Shown piece after piece: positions 1-16,799 of a DNA stretch of 64,000 bases. Numbering within the stretch: the first letter of the stretch is position 1; each line of letters opens with the position of its first letter. The notes beneath the pieces were generated by a model. That model made no database searches. It saw nothing but the letters and a program-made list of their open reading frames with translations, and was not told where the DNA came from. Source of the stretch: the human T2T-CHM13v2.0 reference genome, Homo sapiens; assembly GCF_009914755.1 (NCBI RefSeq), contig NC_060942.1. One strand, given 5' to 3'. The translations under genes were made by a program, and so were the position numbers.

Positions 1-362
<362 letters not shown>

Positions 363-545
363 AATTGGCAAGGGCATGGAGACATTGGAACCCTCATACA
401 TTGCTGATGGGAATAAAAAAAATGGTGCCATTGCGATTCTTCAAAAAGATATAGTATAATTACCATATGATCTAGCATTTATACTCCTAGGAGTATACCT
501 GAAGAATTGAAAACAGGGACAGAAATGGATACTTGTATGGCAACA

Positions 546-1020
546 ATATTAGTCACAGTTCTCCAGAGAAACAGAATCAATACAATATAAATACATAGTT
601 ATATAAAAAGGGGGTTTATTATGGGAATTGGCTCATGCAATTATGAAGCCTGAAAAGTCCCACAAGATGCCACCTACAGTCTGGAAACACAGGAAAGCCA
701 GTGGTATCATTTATTCCAAGTCTGAAGTCCTGAGAACCAGGGGAGACAATGGTGTCACTCCCACTCCATACACAAGACCTGAGAACCAGGGAGGCTGCTG
801 ATGTATGTCCTGGGGGCGTCCAAAGTCCCAAGACTCAAGAGGTCCCATCTCCAAGGGTGAGAGAAGATGGATGTCCCAGCTCAAGGAGAAAAAGAGAGAG
901 AAAAGAAAGAGAGAGAGAGAGACAGACAGAGAGAGAGAGTGAGGGAAAAAAAAGAGAGTTTGCCTATTTTTTTCTATTTGTTCCTTCAAGGGACCAGATG
1001 ATGCCCACCCAGCACATAGT
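546..1020 (-). mobile_element. Older MLT2-family (ERV-L) LTR
   Basis: TATTAGTC..GTTCTCCAGAGAAACAGAA..GGAATTGGCTCATGCAATTATGAAG pattern typical of MLT2B-D, with an internal GA-rich tract. Confidence 0.7.
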
Positions 1021-1029
1021 TCTTTACCA

Positions 1030-2030
1030 GGTAGGCTGACCCCCCAGGGGGGTCATTCCTGAAGGGTCCGTGTCATTAGTCATGCCTGGATTGGGCTGTT
1101 GTTTTTCCATTGGTTTAATCACTGAGCACGGTAGTACCAACAGATGCCCTAATGGATCTCCTGTATTCTAGACATACTCTTCCCCACCTCCATGGTGGAG
1201 TAGTGTCCAATTTCCCCTTTGTACCCTGGATCAATCACCCCAGCCAGCACCGTAACTCCTTTCTGGACCTGTTGACTCAGAGGCATGAGGAGTCCAACGT
1301 GGCCAGATGGCAGTCTTAACTTCCAGCTCAGTGAAAGCATTGTTGTGTCTCCTGGTGGAAACACTACCCCCTTTGGAACCAAGGCTTCTGGGCCAGCAGA
1401 GGAAAAAGTTGTAGGAACAGGAAACAAAAATTGTGCTAGTGGATCACTAGGAGTAATCCCAGCCACCAGAGAAACAGCACTGTATATTGGACGCTGATTC
1501 GGAGCATATACAGCCTTCTGGAGAAACTTGCCCCAGGCCTGCAAGGTACTGCCACCTAGCTGGCCCTGTAACTGAGTTTTCCACAGGATATTTCACCATT
1601 CTGTCAAGCCAGCTGCTTCAGGACAGTGGGTAATAGGGTAAGACCAGTGAATTTAATGAGCATGAGCCCACTGCCACACATCTTTGGTGAGTTCTTTGGT
1701 CAGAAGCAATGCTGTGTGGCATGCCTTGATGGAAGATAAGGCATTCTGTAAGTCCTCAGATGGTAGTTTTGGCAGGAGCATTGCATGTTGGGGAGGCAAA
1801 TCCATATTCGGAGTAAGTGTCTATCCTAGTAAGAAGAAAACATTCCTCTTTTCATGATGAAGCGGTCCAATGTAATCAATCTGCCACCAAGTAGCTGGCT
1901 GACCATCTTGGAGAAGAGTGCCGTATCAGGGGTTCAGTGTTGACTTCTGGCAGGTTGGGCAGTAGCAGTGGCTATAGCCAGGATGGCCTTGGTGAGTGGA
2001 AGTCCATGTTGCTAATGTATAACCTGTCTT
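1030..2030 (-). mobile_element. ERV-L internal fragment (integrase-dUTPase)
   Basis: ORF 1149-1544 (LQKAVYAPNQRPIYSAVS...KLRLPSGHVGLL...AGVIDPGYKGEI) is homologous to 13344-14528. Confidence 0.85.
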
Positions 2031-2066
2031 TATGGCATTATGGCATTATTCCATTATATGCCATTA

Positions 2067-2438
<372 letters not shown>

Positions 2439-2939
2439 AGACAGAAGGCTGGAATCTGCACTGCAAAAGAGGAAACTCAAGTGGCCAGTAAGCGAAGATA
2501 TGCTCAACCTCATTATTAGGAATAATTAGGAATAAAGAAACAAGACCAGATGTATTTCAGGATACAAAATAAATATATAAAAATCAATTGTATTTCTATA
2601 TGCCAGCATTAGTTAGAAAATTAAAAACTTTAAAATTGCAATCTACATAGAATTAAAGAAAAATATTACAAAAATATTATTTATAAAATAATCATAATCT
2701 TAACTAATAGCAATAGTTTTTTGAAGGGGAATATGAGAAAGAGGATTTTTTACAACCTGAGTTTAAAATGTGTATGGATATGCCAACCAATTGGATAAGC
2801 TAGATGAAATGGACACATTCCTAGAAATACACAACTTACTAAAACTCAATCATGAAGAAATTAGAAAATCTGAATACACCTTGTCCTAGTCAGCTTGGGC
2901 TACTATAACAAAATGCCACGAACTGTTCTGATTAGCAAT

Positions 2940-3155
2940 CTCTCCCTCTCTCCCTCCCTTCTTTCTTTCCTTTCTTTTCTTTCTTTCCTTCCTTCCTTCC
3001 CTTCTCTTTCTTCCTTCCTTCCTTCCTTCCCTTCTCTTCCTTCCTTTCTTTTTCTTGCTTTCTTGCTCTTCCTTTCTTCCTTTCTTTTCCTTTCTCTCTT
3101 TTCTCTCCTTTCTCTCTTTCTCTTTTTTTCTTTGTTTCTTTGTCTTTCTTTTTTC
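2940..3155. repeat. CT-rich polypyrimidine tract (expanded Alu tail)
   Basis: (TTCC)n/(TTTC)n mixture directly before a minus-strand Alu. Confidence 0.9.
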
Positions 3156-3433
3156 AGGGTCTTGCTCTGTCACCCAGGCTGGAGTGCAGTAATACCATAA
3201 CAGCTCACTGCAGCCATTACCTCCTGGGCTCAGGCAAACCGCCCACCTCAGCCACCTGAGTAGTTGGGACTACAGGTGGGCATCACCACACCCCACTAAT
3301 TTTTGTATTTTTTTGTAGAGATGGAGTTTTACCATGTTGCCCAGGCTGGTTTTGAACTCCATGGCTCAAGCGATCCACCCACCTTGGCCTCCCAAAGTGC
3401 TGGGATTACAGGCGTGAGCCACGGCACCTAGCC
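3156..3433 (-). mobile_element. Alu
   Basis: Alu consensus. Confidence 0.9.
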
Positions 3434-3849
3434 AACAATTTCTTTCTTACAGTTCTGCAGATTGGAAGTCAGATTGGGATGCCAGCAGGGTTGGGTTCTT
3501 GCTGAGGGTCATTTTTCCAGTTTCAGAGAGCTGACCTCTCCCTGTATCCTTACATGACAGAAAGAGAGCTAGTTCTCTTCCTCTTCTTATAAGAGAACTG
3601 ATCCCTCATGGGGGCTCCTGAGGACCTAATTACCTGCCAAAGGCTCCCACTGGTTAGTTTTGACATTTTTGAACTTCATAGAAATAAAAAATATATACTT
3701 TAATGGAAGAGTCTTCTCTAACTTGTTTCTTTCACTTAACATGCTTGTGAGATTCATTCATATTGATGTGCACATCAGTAGTCATCCATGTTCGCTGCTG
3801 TATAGTACTCCATAGTGTGGATGTACCACAATTTATCTATATTACTTTT

Positions 3850-4422
<573 letters not shown>

Positions 4423-4437
<15 letters not shown>

Positions 4438-4701
4438 AGTAACATTTTAATATAAGTCTCCTGGTGCACTTGTCCAAGATTTCCTTAAGGGTATATATAT
4501 CTAGGGGTGCAATTGCTGGGTTTTAGAGTACACACCTGTTCAAATATACATAGTAATGCAGACTGTTTTCCAAAGTAGTTGGACCAGTTCAGACCCTATC
4601 TTCGTCTGTTTTGTGTTGCTTTAAAGGAATACCTGAGGCTGGGTTATTTATAAAGAAAAGAGGTTTATTGGGCTCATGGTTCTACCGGCTATACAAGAGG
4701 C
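4423..4701 (+). repeat. Dispersed direct duplication A, copy 1
   Basis: 279 bp, 11 mismatches by hand count against 7603-7881. Confidence 0.95.
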
Positions 4702-5020
4702 GTGGCCCCAGCACTTACTTCTGATGAGGGCCTCAGGCTACTTCCTACTCATGGCAGAAGGCAAAGGGACACCAACATGTGCAGAGGTCAAAAGGCAAGA
4801 CAGGAAGCAGGAGAGTCGGCGAGTGCCAGGCTCCTTTTTAACAACCAGCAATCATGAGAACTAATAGAGTGAGAACTGACCCCCTTCCCCAGAGAGGGCA
4901 ATAATCTATTCATGAGGGACCTGCCCCATGAACCAAACATCTCCCATTAGGCCCTTCTTCCAACCTTGGGGATCACATTTCAACATAAGATTTGGAGGGA
5001 CAGAGGCCCAAATGATAGCG
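4597..5020 (-). mobile_element. MST-family MaLR solo LTR
   Basis: GAATACCTGAGGCTGGG..AAAGAAAAGAGGTTTATT..GGCTCATGGTTCT and CACATTTCAACATAAGATTTGGAGGGG hallmarks. Confidence 0.8.
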
Positions 5021-5624
5021 TACCCCTACCAGGAGCACATGACCGTTTCTCTCCATATTCTCACTGACACTGGGCATTGTCAGACTTGTAAATTTTTTTC
5101 CATCTGTCAGGCATGTAGCATGATCCGACTGTATTAGATATTAACTCATGAAGTAGGTATTAACTTGTACTTTCATGATTATTAATGAGGTTGAGCATAT
5201 TGGCATTTATTGGCCATTTGAGTTTTGTATTTCTTTGAAGTGCAGATTCCAGTTTTTGTCTATTTTTCTATTGGATTGTTTGTCTTTTTCTTGTTGATTT
5301 GTCATTGTTGCTGATTTGCTAAGTTCCACCATAAATTCTTTCTCAGTTATTTGTTGTAACATCTGAGAGGGCCTGGAGGCACCGGAGAAGCTTCAAAGAA
5401 GGGCTGAGGACAGAGGTCTTGTAGGTGGAGCTGAAGTTCTCCAGGCAGCGAGGTTAGCCCTGCCATCCCACACAGAGGAGCAGCTTGGGCAAAGATTACA
5501 CTGGCTGAAGGGCCTCCAATCACACGTAACTGGAAAGAGGTAGAAAGGAGAAAGAATTGCTTTCTCCACTCAGCTTTCTCAGGCAAATTCAATGTGTTTC
5601 TGGCTTGAACATTCCTGTTTTTGA

Positions 5625-6067
<443 letters not shown>

Positions 6068-6893
6068 CTTTAAAATTCTGAAGTATCTTGAATAAGTATT
6101 TGGAACCCCAATCTAACAAGATCATTCATCATGAATCTGCCCTTCAAAAGATATAATTTATTTGTATTTCTCTGGGAATCATTTAGGAACAGCAGTTCAA
6201 AGCTTGAAATGGGTTTTCTTCTTTTGTTATCTCTCACAGTTGACAGATCTCTCTTGCTAAGCTGCGATTTGGCAGTGCTTGGCTCTTAATCCCAGCTATT
6301 TAAAAGTACAGTTAAGGAAAACTGTAATTCTGAGGCAATGCGTGTTTTGAAACCTTATTTGGCCTCTCATTATCTCATTCATTGGGGCGGGAAGCACTCA
6401 GGCTGGGGTCACATGCTTGGCCTAGGGAGAGGATGACTATTCTGTCCTCGGACTGACCGGGCCCTGGAGTCGGGCAGGGAAGGCTGAAAATAGTCATTTC
6501 TTGGCTGCATTGGTCAGGCAGGAGGGTCTCTGTAACACAGGGTCGCTGACAAGTGAGACGGAGACACAAGGTCCCCGGAGGTCGGCCTCAGCAGGGACAG
6601 TGCATGTGTTTGTAGGACAGTTGAGGAAGTCCTAAGCAAAGCTTTACAGAGCTTTAGATTGATTACAGTTGTTTACAATTGTTACAAGAGAAAACTAAAG
6701 TGTAGTCTTCTGTTCAAAGTTTGAATTTTCAACTCATTTCTGAGTTAGCATTCCTGGATCTTAGTTCTCATCGAAATCAAGCATCACTTTCCCCCTGTAT
6801 ATTATTATGTTAATTTGGTCAACTGTCTTGTAAAAGTCAGATGCCTGTCTGCTTGTTCTCACTCATTTGACCTATGTGATTAAACAAGTATTA

Positions 6894-7433
<540 letters not shown>

Positions 7434-7602
7434 GGAAAAACTGGTGTTGGGGGTCAGAACGGATGTGACTTTGGGGTACTGTTGATAACTGGAAGGAGCC
7501 ACAAGGGGCTTTCCAGGGGTGGTCGTGTTTTGCTTCATGATCCTGATGCTGGTTCCATGGCTATGTTCACTTTGTGAAAATTCACTGGGCTGATTATCTA
7601 TG

Positions 7603-7881
7603 ATGTTGCCCAGGCTGGGTACCATTTTAATATAAGTCTCCTGGTGCACTTGTCCAAGATTTCCTTAAGGGTATATATATCTAGGGGTGCAATTGCTGGG
7701 TTTTAGAGTACACACCTGTTCAAATATAAATAGTAATGCAGACTATTTTCCAAAGTAGTTGAACCAGTTCAGGCCCTATCTTAGTCTGTTTTGTGTTGCT
7801 TTAAAGGAATACCTGAGGCTGGGTAATTTGTAAAGAAAAGAGGTTTATTGGGCTCATGGTTCTACAGGCTGTACAAGAGGC
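7603..7881 (+). repeat. Dispersed direct duplication A, copy 2
   Basis: Ungapped copy of 4423-4701 at offset 3180. Confidence 0.95.
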
Positions 7882-7929
7882 AGCTGAGGTGAGAGGGTCA
7901 CTTGAGCCAGGCATTCGAGGCTGCAATGA

Positions 7930-8290
<361 letters not shown>

Positions 8291-8798
8291 CAACACCATC
8301 TCTTAAAACGAAAAAAATCATCACATGATTTGAACTTGGAACTTTCTGACCTCAAAACTGTTTAAAAACCCTAAAAAAAATTCTCAAGCAGGGAAAATGA
8401 AAAAACTAAAACAACATAAACATGCTATGGACAGATCAAAGCTGCTACTATCTTTTGACTAATGGAAAAAGCAAGGTGAAATGAGCGTTTCCTGTTTAGA
8501 GAGTGTCGAGGGGTCAAGGAGGACCCTGCCTTCATATTCTATTGCACTCTTACAAGTTTTTCCCTAACTTTAAAAAACACAAAAACAAAGTATTTGATGT
8601 CTTGAATATTCTGAGGTTTTGCTTTCTAAAGGGTTTTTTGGGGGCAAAGTGATGCCAGGATTTCTGGGAAAAATAGAAAGAACATTAGAAAAAAAGATAC
8701 TTTAATTTAGTTCCAATGTGTTGCAATCTTAAAAGAAACTTTCACTGCACTACTGGGGATTCCAATTTAATAAAGCTGTTTTTAAAATAAATGTCTGT

Positions 8799-9726
<928 letters not shown>

Positions 9727-10154
9727 TTAACTTTGCTATAACCAGTCCAGCACATTTAAATAGACTATAGCACCATGCGTCTGTGTTCTTCTTACTTAGC
9801 TCCTGAGGATGAGTTGAGAAGTATGTCTCTGATGATTAACTTTTAAGTAATGAAGTCTGCAAAGATAAAGCCAAGGAAAGCACATGCGAATATCCTGCTT
9901 CATCCACAACCAACTAAACCACCAAGTGTCAAGTGTTTATTCAACTTAAAAAACATATATATAAACTTCAAAAGTTACCAAAATCCATAAGGTAATAAGA
10001 GAAGAACCTGTCCTGGAAAGAGTGATGACTGACAGTCCAGCTCTGTCTCCCTTCCTGACTTTACTAGTGCATTGATACTTGCTGATGTAGCCTTTATCAA
10101 GATTTGTTAAACATCGTGTGGCTTTCAGTTCATTCTGGGTCCTTTAGAATCACC

Positions 10155-10285
10155 GAATAATTTATTACCCAAAACTAGGCACTTTTGAAGACGAAAAGAG
10201 ACACTAAAGATAATTAACAGTGTTACCGACCTACAACACAAGCAAACTGAGACTGACCGGGCAAATCAGGACATGTGGTCTCCCT
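10155..10285. mobile_element. hAT-Blackjack-type (MER81/MER94-like) fragment
   Basis: Ends CCGGGCAAATCAGGACATGTGGTCTCCCTA, a Blackjack-like TIR. Confidence 0.45.
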
Positions 10286-10354
10286 ACTTTTCTCTGGGAG
10301 AAAACAAACTAGAGTTTTTGGGGTTTTTTTCCCCACTAGACTTTACTGTGTCTT

Positions 10355-10608
10355 TTTTTCTTTTCTTTCTTTTTTTTTTTTTTTGAGCTAGCCGCCTCCC
10401 AGGTTCAAGCAATTCTTGTGCCTCAGCCTCCTGAGTAGCTGGGATTACAGGTGCACCCCACCACACCTGGCTAATTTTTGTATTTTTTAGTAGTGATAGG
10501 GTTTCACCATGTTGGTGAGGCTGGTCTTGAATGCCTGACCTCAAATGATCTGCCCACCTCAGCCTCCCAAAGTGCTGGGATTACAGGCGTGAACCACCGC
10601 GCCTGGCC
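10355..10608 (-). mobile_element. Alu with internal deletion
   Basis: Alu consensus. Confidence 0.85.
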
Positions 10609-11154
10609 CACTGCATCTTTTCACAGTGGCATATCCTGCACCCTTTCCTCAAGTCCACCGCTCCTCAATCTTACCTGGTTCCCTGCCCTCTCTCCCTCCT
10701 AGCTACTGCAGGGCCGTGTATCTCGGTCTAGCTAATCTACCAGCCGGCCCTGCCTTTCCTTATTTATTAAAAACATCCAGTGTACAAGGTCACATTAACC
10801 CTCTCTTGCAAATCACATTCATTTTGGATATCATGGCTGATTTAAAGCAAAACCAAACCAAACAAGAAAGAGAACACTCAGCTCAAACCCACACCACTCC
10901 ACAGTCTTTCCTAATTAATGTTCAACTTTTCTGATTGCTTCAAGGTCTATTTCTTCATCATCACCCAGGTACACAGGTTTTCACTATGCTGTCTTCTATT
11001 TGTTGATTGTAATTTACAGTGTTCCGAAGTCATTGCATATTTTCATATGTCTGTGTCTTGCTCATCCATTAAGATGAGACAGGACTAGAACTGCTTTTCT
11101 CTGGCACCCAGATTGCCTGGTACACTGTTCAATATGCAACACATCCTCAATATT

Positions 11155-11450
11155 CTTTTTTTGTTTTTAAGACTGAGTCTCACTCTGTCACCCAGGCTGG
11201 AGTGCAGTGGCACTATCTCGGGTCACTGCAACCTCCGCCTCCCAGGTTCAAGTGATTCTGCCACCTCAGCCTCCTGAGTAGCTGGGATTACAGGCGCACG
11301 TCACTACGCCCAGGTAATTTTTGTATTTTTAGTAGAGACAGGTTTTCACCATGTTGGCCAGGCTGGTCTCGAACTCCTGACCTCAGGTGATCTGCCCGCC
11401 TCAGTCTCCCAAAGTGCTGGGATTACAGGCATGAACCACTGCACCCAGCC
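11155..11450 (-). mobile_element. AluS-like
   Basis: Alu consensus with TSD CTCAATATTCT. Confidence 0.9.
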
Positions 11451-12170
11451 CTCAATATTCTCACTGAAAAAAGAAATCTTTTGACGGCCAAAAATTCCAA
11501 GAACTTTTCTTCACCTCACCCACCCCCACGTGGCATTTACTTATTATTCTGACAGTTGAAATATAATTAATTCTCATTATTCATGGATTCCCTATTTGTG
11601 AATTCACTTTCTAAAATTTGTAGCCTCAAGAGTGACATTTATGGCACTTTCATGGTCATTTGTGGATATGCACACAGCGGTGAAAAATGTGTGTTGCCTG
11701 ATGTGTGTGTTTGCCAGCAACGTACAAGAAAGCCAAACCCTGCCTTCTTGTTTCAGCTCACACTGTAGATAAGTATCCTTTTCATGGTAAATTCAGTACT
11801 ATATTTTTTGCATTTTTGTGCTTTTTGTTGGTGATTTTGTTATAGTAGTTAGTCAGGCATGAGCAGGGCAGGAGAGAGCTCCCCTGCACGCCCTCCAACA
11901 CACACCAGGAATGTCAGGCGACCATCAGGTGATGGTTCTGCAGTTGTTAACTGTCTCTCTAAAATAATAATTGGTCTCAGCCAGAGCCAGGGAAGGGCAG
12001 GCTCCCAATAGATAGAAAACACCTGAAGGTGGTGATCAGCAGCTTCCGGATAAGATCTCAGGAGCTGGGTGAGTGTGCTCAAGCATGCGCACAAGACAAG
12101 ATGGCAGAGTTTAACTGGTATATGACCTTCTGTATTAGTAACGTTTCCCTAGAGGGACAGAACTAATAGG

Positions 12171-12240
12171 ATATATATCTATATCTATATCTATATCTAT
12201 ATCTATATCTATCTATCTATCTATCTGTCTGTCTGTCTAT
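12171..12240. repeat. (TATATC)n/(TCTA)n/(TCTG)n microsatellite in the 3' LTR
   Basis: Seen directly in the sequence. Confidence 0.95.
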
Positions 12241-12529
12241 GCAGTTGATTAAGTATTAACTTACATGATCACAAGGTCTCACAGTAGGCTGTCTGCAAGC
12301 TGAGGAGCAAGGAGAGCCAGTCTGAGTCTCAAAATTGAAGGACTTGGAGTCCGATGTTCGAGGCCAGGAAGCATCCAGGACGGGAGGAAGATGTAGGCTG
12401 GGAGGCTGGGCCTGTCTCTCCTTTTCACGTTTTTCAGCGTGCTTTAATTGCCAGCAGCTGATTAGATTGTGCCCACCAGATTAAGGGTGGATCTGCCTTC
12501 CCCAGCCCACTGACTCGAATGTTAATCTT

Positions 12530-12848
<319 letters not shown>

Positions 12849-13343
12849 TCACAGACACACCCAGGATCAATATTTTGCATCCTTCAATCCAATCAAGTTG
12901 ACACTCAGTGTTAACCATCACAAGTCCACCCCTTGTCAACTTGAACCCATATATATCTCCTGAGATCATACATAATATTCAAATAAAGACAATAATGAGG
13001 TCATAATTATGCCTAACATAATACAACTATCCTTCGTACAGATGGAAACGCATCAATTCCCAACCCAAATACTATTACATAAAGTTAACAATACTTAAAT
13101 GCTGAGATAAAGGCAATAAATCTTATGTCACACGATAAAGGAAAAGGAAATAAAATGAAGATATTTTCTTAGTACAAGTATATACATGCACAAATATGTT
13201 TTTAGCAAAAGAAGGAGAAAATACTCATGACAATGACAGTCCCCATTTTTGCAGCTGGTCGCATGGTCATAGCTGGTATTGATGACTACCTTTTTCTACT
13301 ACCCATCGGTATTCCCTTTGCCGTCAGCAAACACCTCGGCAGG

Positions 13344-14528
13344 TCATGTTTTCTTTCCTGGTGGAGTGACCCAAACCTTCATTCCTGAGGGGCCTAAGCC
13401 ATTTGTAGTCCCACCTGGCTTGAGCTGTTGTAGTTTCCCATTGACCTTAATCATAGGGCATGGTAATACTAAGAGAAGCCCTAATGGATCTCCTGTATTC
13501 CATGCATACTCTTCCTTACCTCCATTATGGAGTAGGAGAGTGATTTCATCTTTATAGTCCAGGTCAGTCACCCCAGCCAACACTGTAACTCCCTTCTTAG
13601 CCTGTTGATTTAAAGGTAGGAGGAGCCCAAAGTGTCTGGGTGGCAATCTTAACTTCCAGTTTAATGGAATCATTGTGTCTCCTGGTGGCAGCGTTCCTTC
13701 CTCTGGAACTAAGACCTCTAGGCCAGCAGACTGTAATGTTGCAGGAAAAGGAAGCAAAAATTTTGCTAGTGGATCCCTAGGGGTGATGGTGAGTGGTGCC
13801 ACTTCTAGCCCTTGATTCCTGGACCTGTGAATCTTGGCTATGGGAGAAACAGTACCATATATTGGATGCTGATTCAGAGCATACACGACCTTCTGGAGAA
13901 CTTTGCCCCAGCCCTGCCAAGTATTGTCACCTAGTTGACACTGTAATTGTGACTTCAAAAGGCCATTCCACCATTCTATCAATCCAGCTGCTTCAGGATG
14001 ATGGGAAACATGGTAAGACCAGTGAATTCCATGATCATGAGCCCACTGCCGCACTTCTTTAGCCATAAAGTGAGTGCCTTGGTCAGAGGCAATGCTGTGT
14101 GGGATATCATGATGGTGGATAAGGCATTCCGTGAGTCCACAAATGGCAGTCTTGGCAGAAGCATTGCATGCAGGATAGGCAAACCCATATCCAGAGTAAG
14201 TATCTATTCCAGTGAGGACAAACCTCTGCCCTTTCCATGATGGAAGAGATCCCATATAATCAACCCACCACCAGGTAGCTGGTTGATCACCCTGAGGAAT
14301 GGTGCCATATTGAGGGCTCAGTGTTGGTCTCTGCTGTTGGCAAATTGGGCGCTTAGCGGTGGCTGTATTCAGGTCAGCCTTAGTGAGTGGAAGTCTACAT
14401 TGCTGAGCCCATGCATAACCTCCATCCCTGCCACCATGGCCACATTGTTCATGGGGCCATTGGGAAATGACAGGGGTGGCTGGGGAAAGAGGCTGAGTGG
14501 TGTCCACAGAATGGGTCATCCTATCCAC
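13344..14528 (-). pseudogene. HERV-L integrase-dUTPase segment, 394-aa open frame
   Basis: H-x4-H zinc-finger half, DDE residues (VDY, SDQG, LIE) and a C-terminal dUTPase (LRLPPRHFGLL, AGVTDLDYKDEI). Confidence 0.9.
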
Positions 14529-16754
14529 TTGATTATTAAAATAATCCTCTGCTTAGGTCACCCATTGGTGAGCACTCACATGGGATACAAATATCTTCAC
14601 AGTTTTTGACCACTCAGAGAGGTCCATCCACATACCTCTTCCCCGAATTCCTTTGTCACCAGTTTTCCACTCATGCTTCTTGCAAGTCCCTGATCATCCA
14701 GCCAAACCATTGGCTACAGCACATGAATCAGTATATAATCACACATCTGGCCATTTCTCCTTCCATGGAAAGGGTACAACCAGGTGCACTACTCAAAGTT
14801 CTGCCCACTGGGAAGATTTTCCTTCACTGCTGTCCTTCAGGGATGTCCTAGAAAGGGGCTGTAGTGCTGCAGCTGTCCACTTTCAGGTGGTGCCTGCATA
14901 TCGTGCAGAACCATCTGTGAACCAGGCCCTAGTCTTCTCTTCCTCTGTCAACTGATCATAGGGAACTCCCCATGAGGCCACTGGTGCAGGATGGGGGAGA
15001 AAAAGCAGGGTGGCAGGAGTGGAGACCATGGGCATTTGAGCCACTTCCTCATGTAACTTACTTGTGCCTTCAGGACCTGCTCGAGCCCAATCATGTACAT
15101 ACCACTTCCATTTGATGATGGAATGCTGCTGTGCACAACCCACTTTATGGCTAGATGGGTCAAAAAGCACCCAGTTCATGATAGGCAGTTCAGGTCGCAT
15201 GGTGACTTGATGACTTATAGTCAAATGTTCAGTTTCCACCAAAGCCAGTAACAGGCCAAGAGCTGTCTCTCAAAAAGAGAGTAGTTATCTGCAGAAGATG
15301 GCAGGGCCTTGCTCCAAAATCCTAGAGGCCTCCACTGTGATTCACCTATGGGGGCCTACCAAAGGCTCCAAACAGCATCCCTATCTGCCACTGACACCTC
15401 AAGCACCATTGGATCTGCTGGGTCCTATGGCCCAAGTGGCAGAGCAGCTTGTACAGCAGCCTGGACCTGTTGCAGAGCCTTCTCCTGTTCTGGACACCAC
15501 TCAAAACTAGCAGCCTTTCAGGTTACTCAATAAATGGGTTGGAGTAACACACCCAAGTAAAAAATGTGTTATCTCCAAAACCCAAATAGGCCCACTAGAC
15601 ATTGTGCCTCTTTCTTGGTTGTAGGAGGGACTAAATGCAGCAACTTATCCCTCATCTTAGAAGGAATAGCTTGACAGGCCCCACACCACTGGAACCCTAG
15701 AAATTTTACTGAGGTAGAAGGTCCCTGAATTTTAGTTGGATTTATTTCCCATCCTCTGGCACGCAAATGTCTCACGAATAAGTCCAGTGTGTTTGCTACT
15801 TCTTGCTCACTGGATCCAATCAGCATAATGTCATCAATGTAATGGACCAGTGTGATATCTAGTGGAAGCGAAAAGCAATCAAGGTCTCTCCGAATAAGAT
15901 TATGACACAAAGCTGGAGAGTTGATATACCACTGAGGTAGGACAGTAAAGGTATATTGCTGGCCTTGCCAGCTGAAGGCAAATTGCTTCTGCTGGGCCTT
16001 ATGGACAGGAATGGAGAAAAAGGCATTTGCCAAGTCAATGGCTGCATACCAGGTACCAGGAGATGTGTTAATTTGCTCAAGCAATGAAACCACATCTGAT
16101 ACAGCAGCTGCAATTGGAATCACCACTTGGTTAAGCTTACAATAGTCCACTGTCATTCTCAAGATCCATCTGTCTTCTGCACAAGCCAAATAAGAGGGCT
16201 GAATGGGGATGTTGTGGGAATCACCACCCCTGCGTCTTTCAAGTCCTTGATGGTGGCACTAATCTCTGCAGTCCCTCCAGGGATGTGATATTGTTTTTGA
16301 TTTACTATTTTTCTAGGTAGAGGCAGCTCTAATGGCCTCCACTTGGTCTTTCCCACCACAACAGTCTTCACACTACCAGTCAGGGAGCCAATGGGGGATT
16401 CTACCAGCTGCTAAGTATGTCTATGGCAATTATGCATTCTGGCACCGGGGAAATGACCACAGGATGAGTCCAGGGACCCACTGAACCCACTGTAAGTCAG
16501 ACCTGAGCTAAAACTCCATTAATTACTTGGCCTCCATAAGCTCCTACTTTAACTGGGGGACCACAATGATGTTTTGGGTCCCCTGGAATCAATGTCAGCT
16601 CAGAGCCAGCGTCCAGTGGTCCCCCAAATGTCTGGTCATTTCCCTTTCTGCAATGCACAGTCACACTGGTAAAAGGCTGGAGGTCTCTCTGGGGAAGGAT
16701 GGGAGAAAGATCCACTGCATAAATTGTTGGTAATGTAGTGGGGTCCTCCCTCAA
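14529..16754 (-). pseudogene. HERV-L protease, reverse transcriptase and RNase H, disrupted
   Basis: Protease motif LDAGSELTLIP (DTG changed to DAG). RT motifs [16 protein letters not shown] and YIDD in ORF 15569-16189. RNase H motif WFTDGSA. Several frameshifts. Confidence 0.9.
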
Positions 16755-16799
16755 GGAGACCCGACCTCCCCTTTATTCAAGGGATTCTGGGTCCGTAAA

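Larger units (their letters stand above)
2882..3650 (-). mobile_element. MaLR (MST/MLT1-type) LTR interrupted by an Alu
   Basis: TGTCCTAGTCAGCTTGGGCTACTATAACAAAATGCCA start; resumes at about 3435 (TTACAGTTCTGCAGATTGGAAGTC). Confidence 0.6.

Noticed and set aside
2886-3200. Lys/Glu/Arg-rich and Phe/Leu/Ser-rich ORFs
   Set aside because: Translations of a CT-rich simple repeat.
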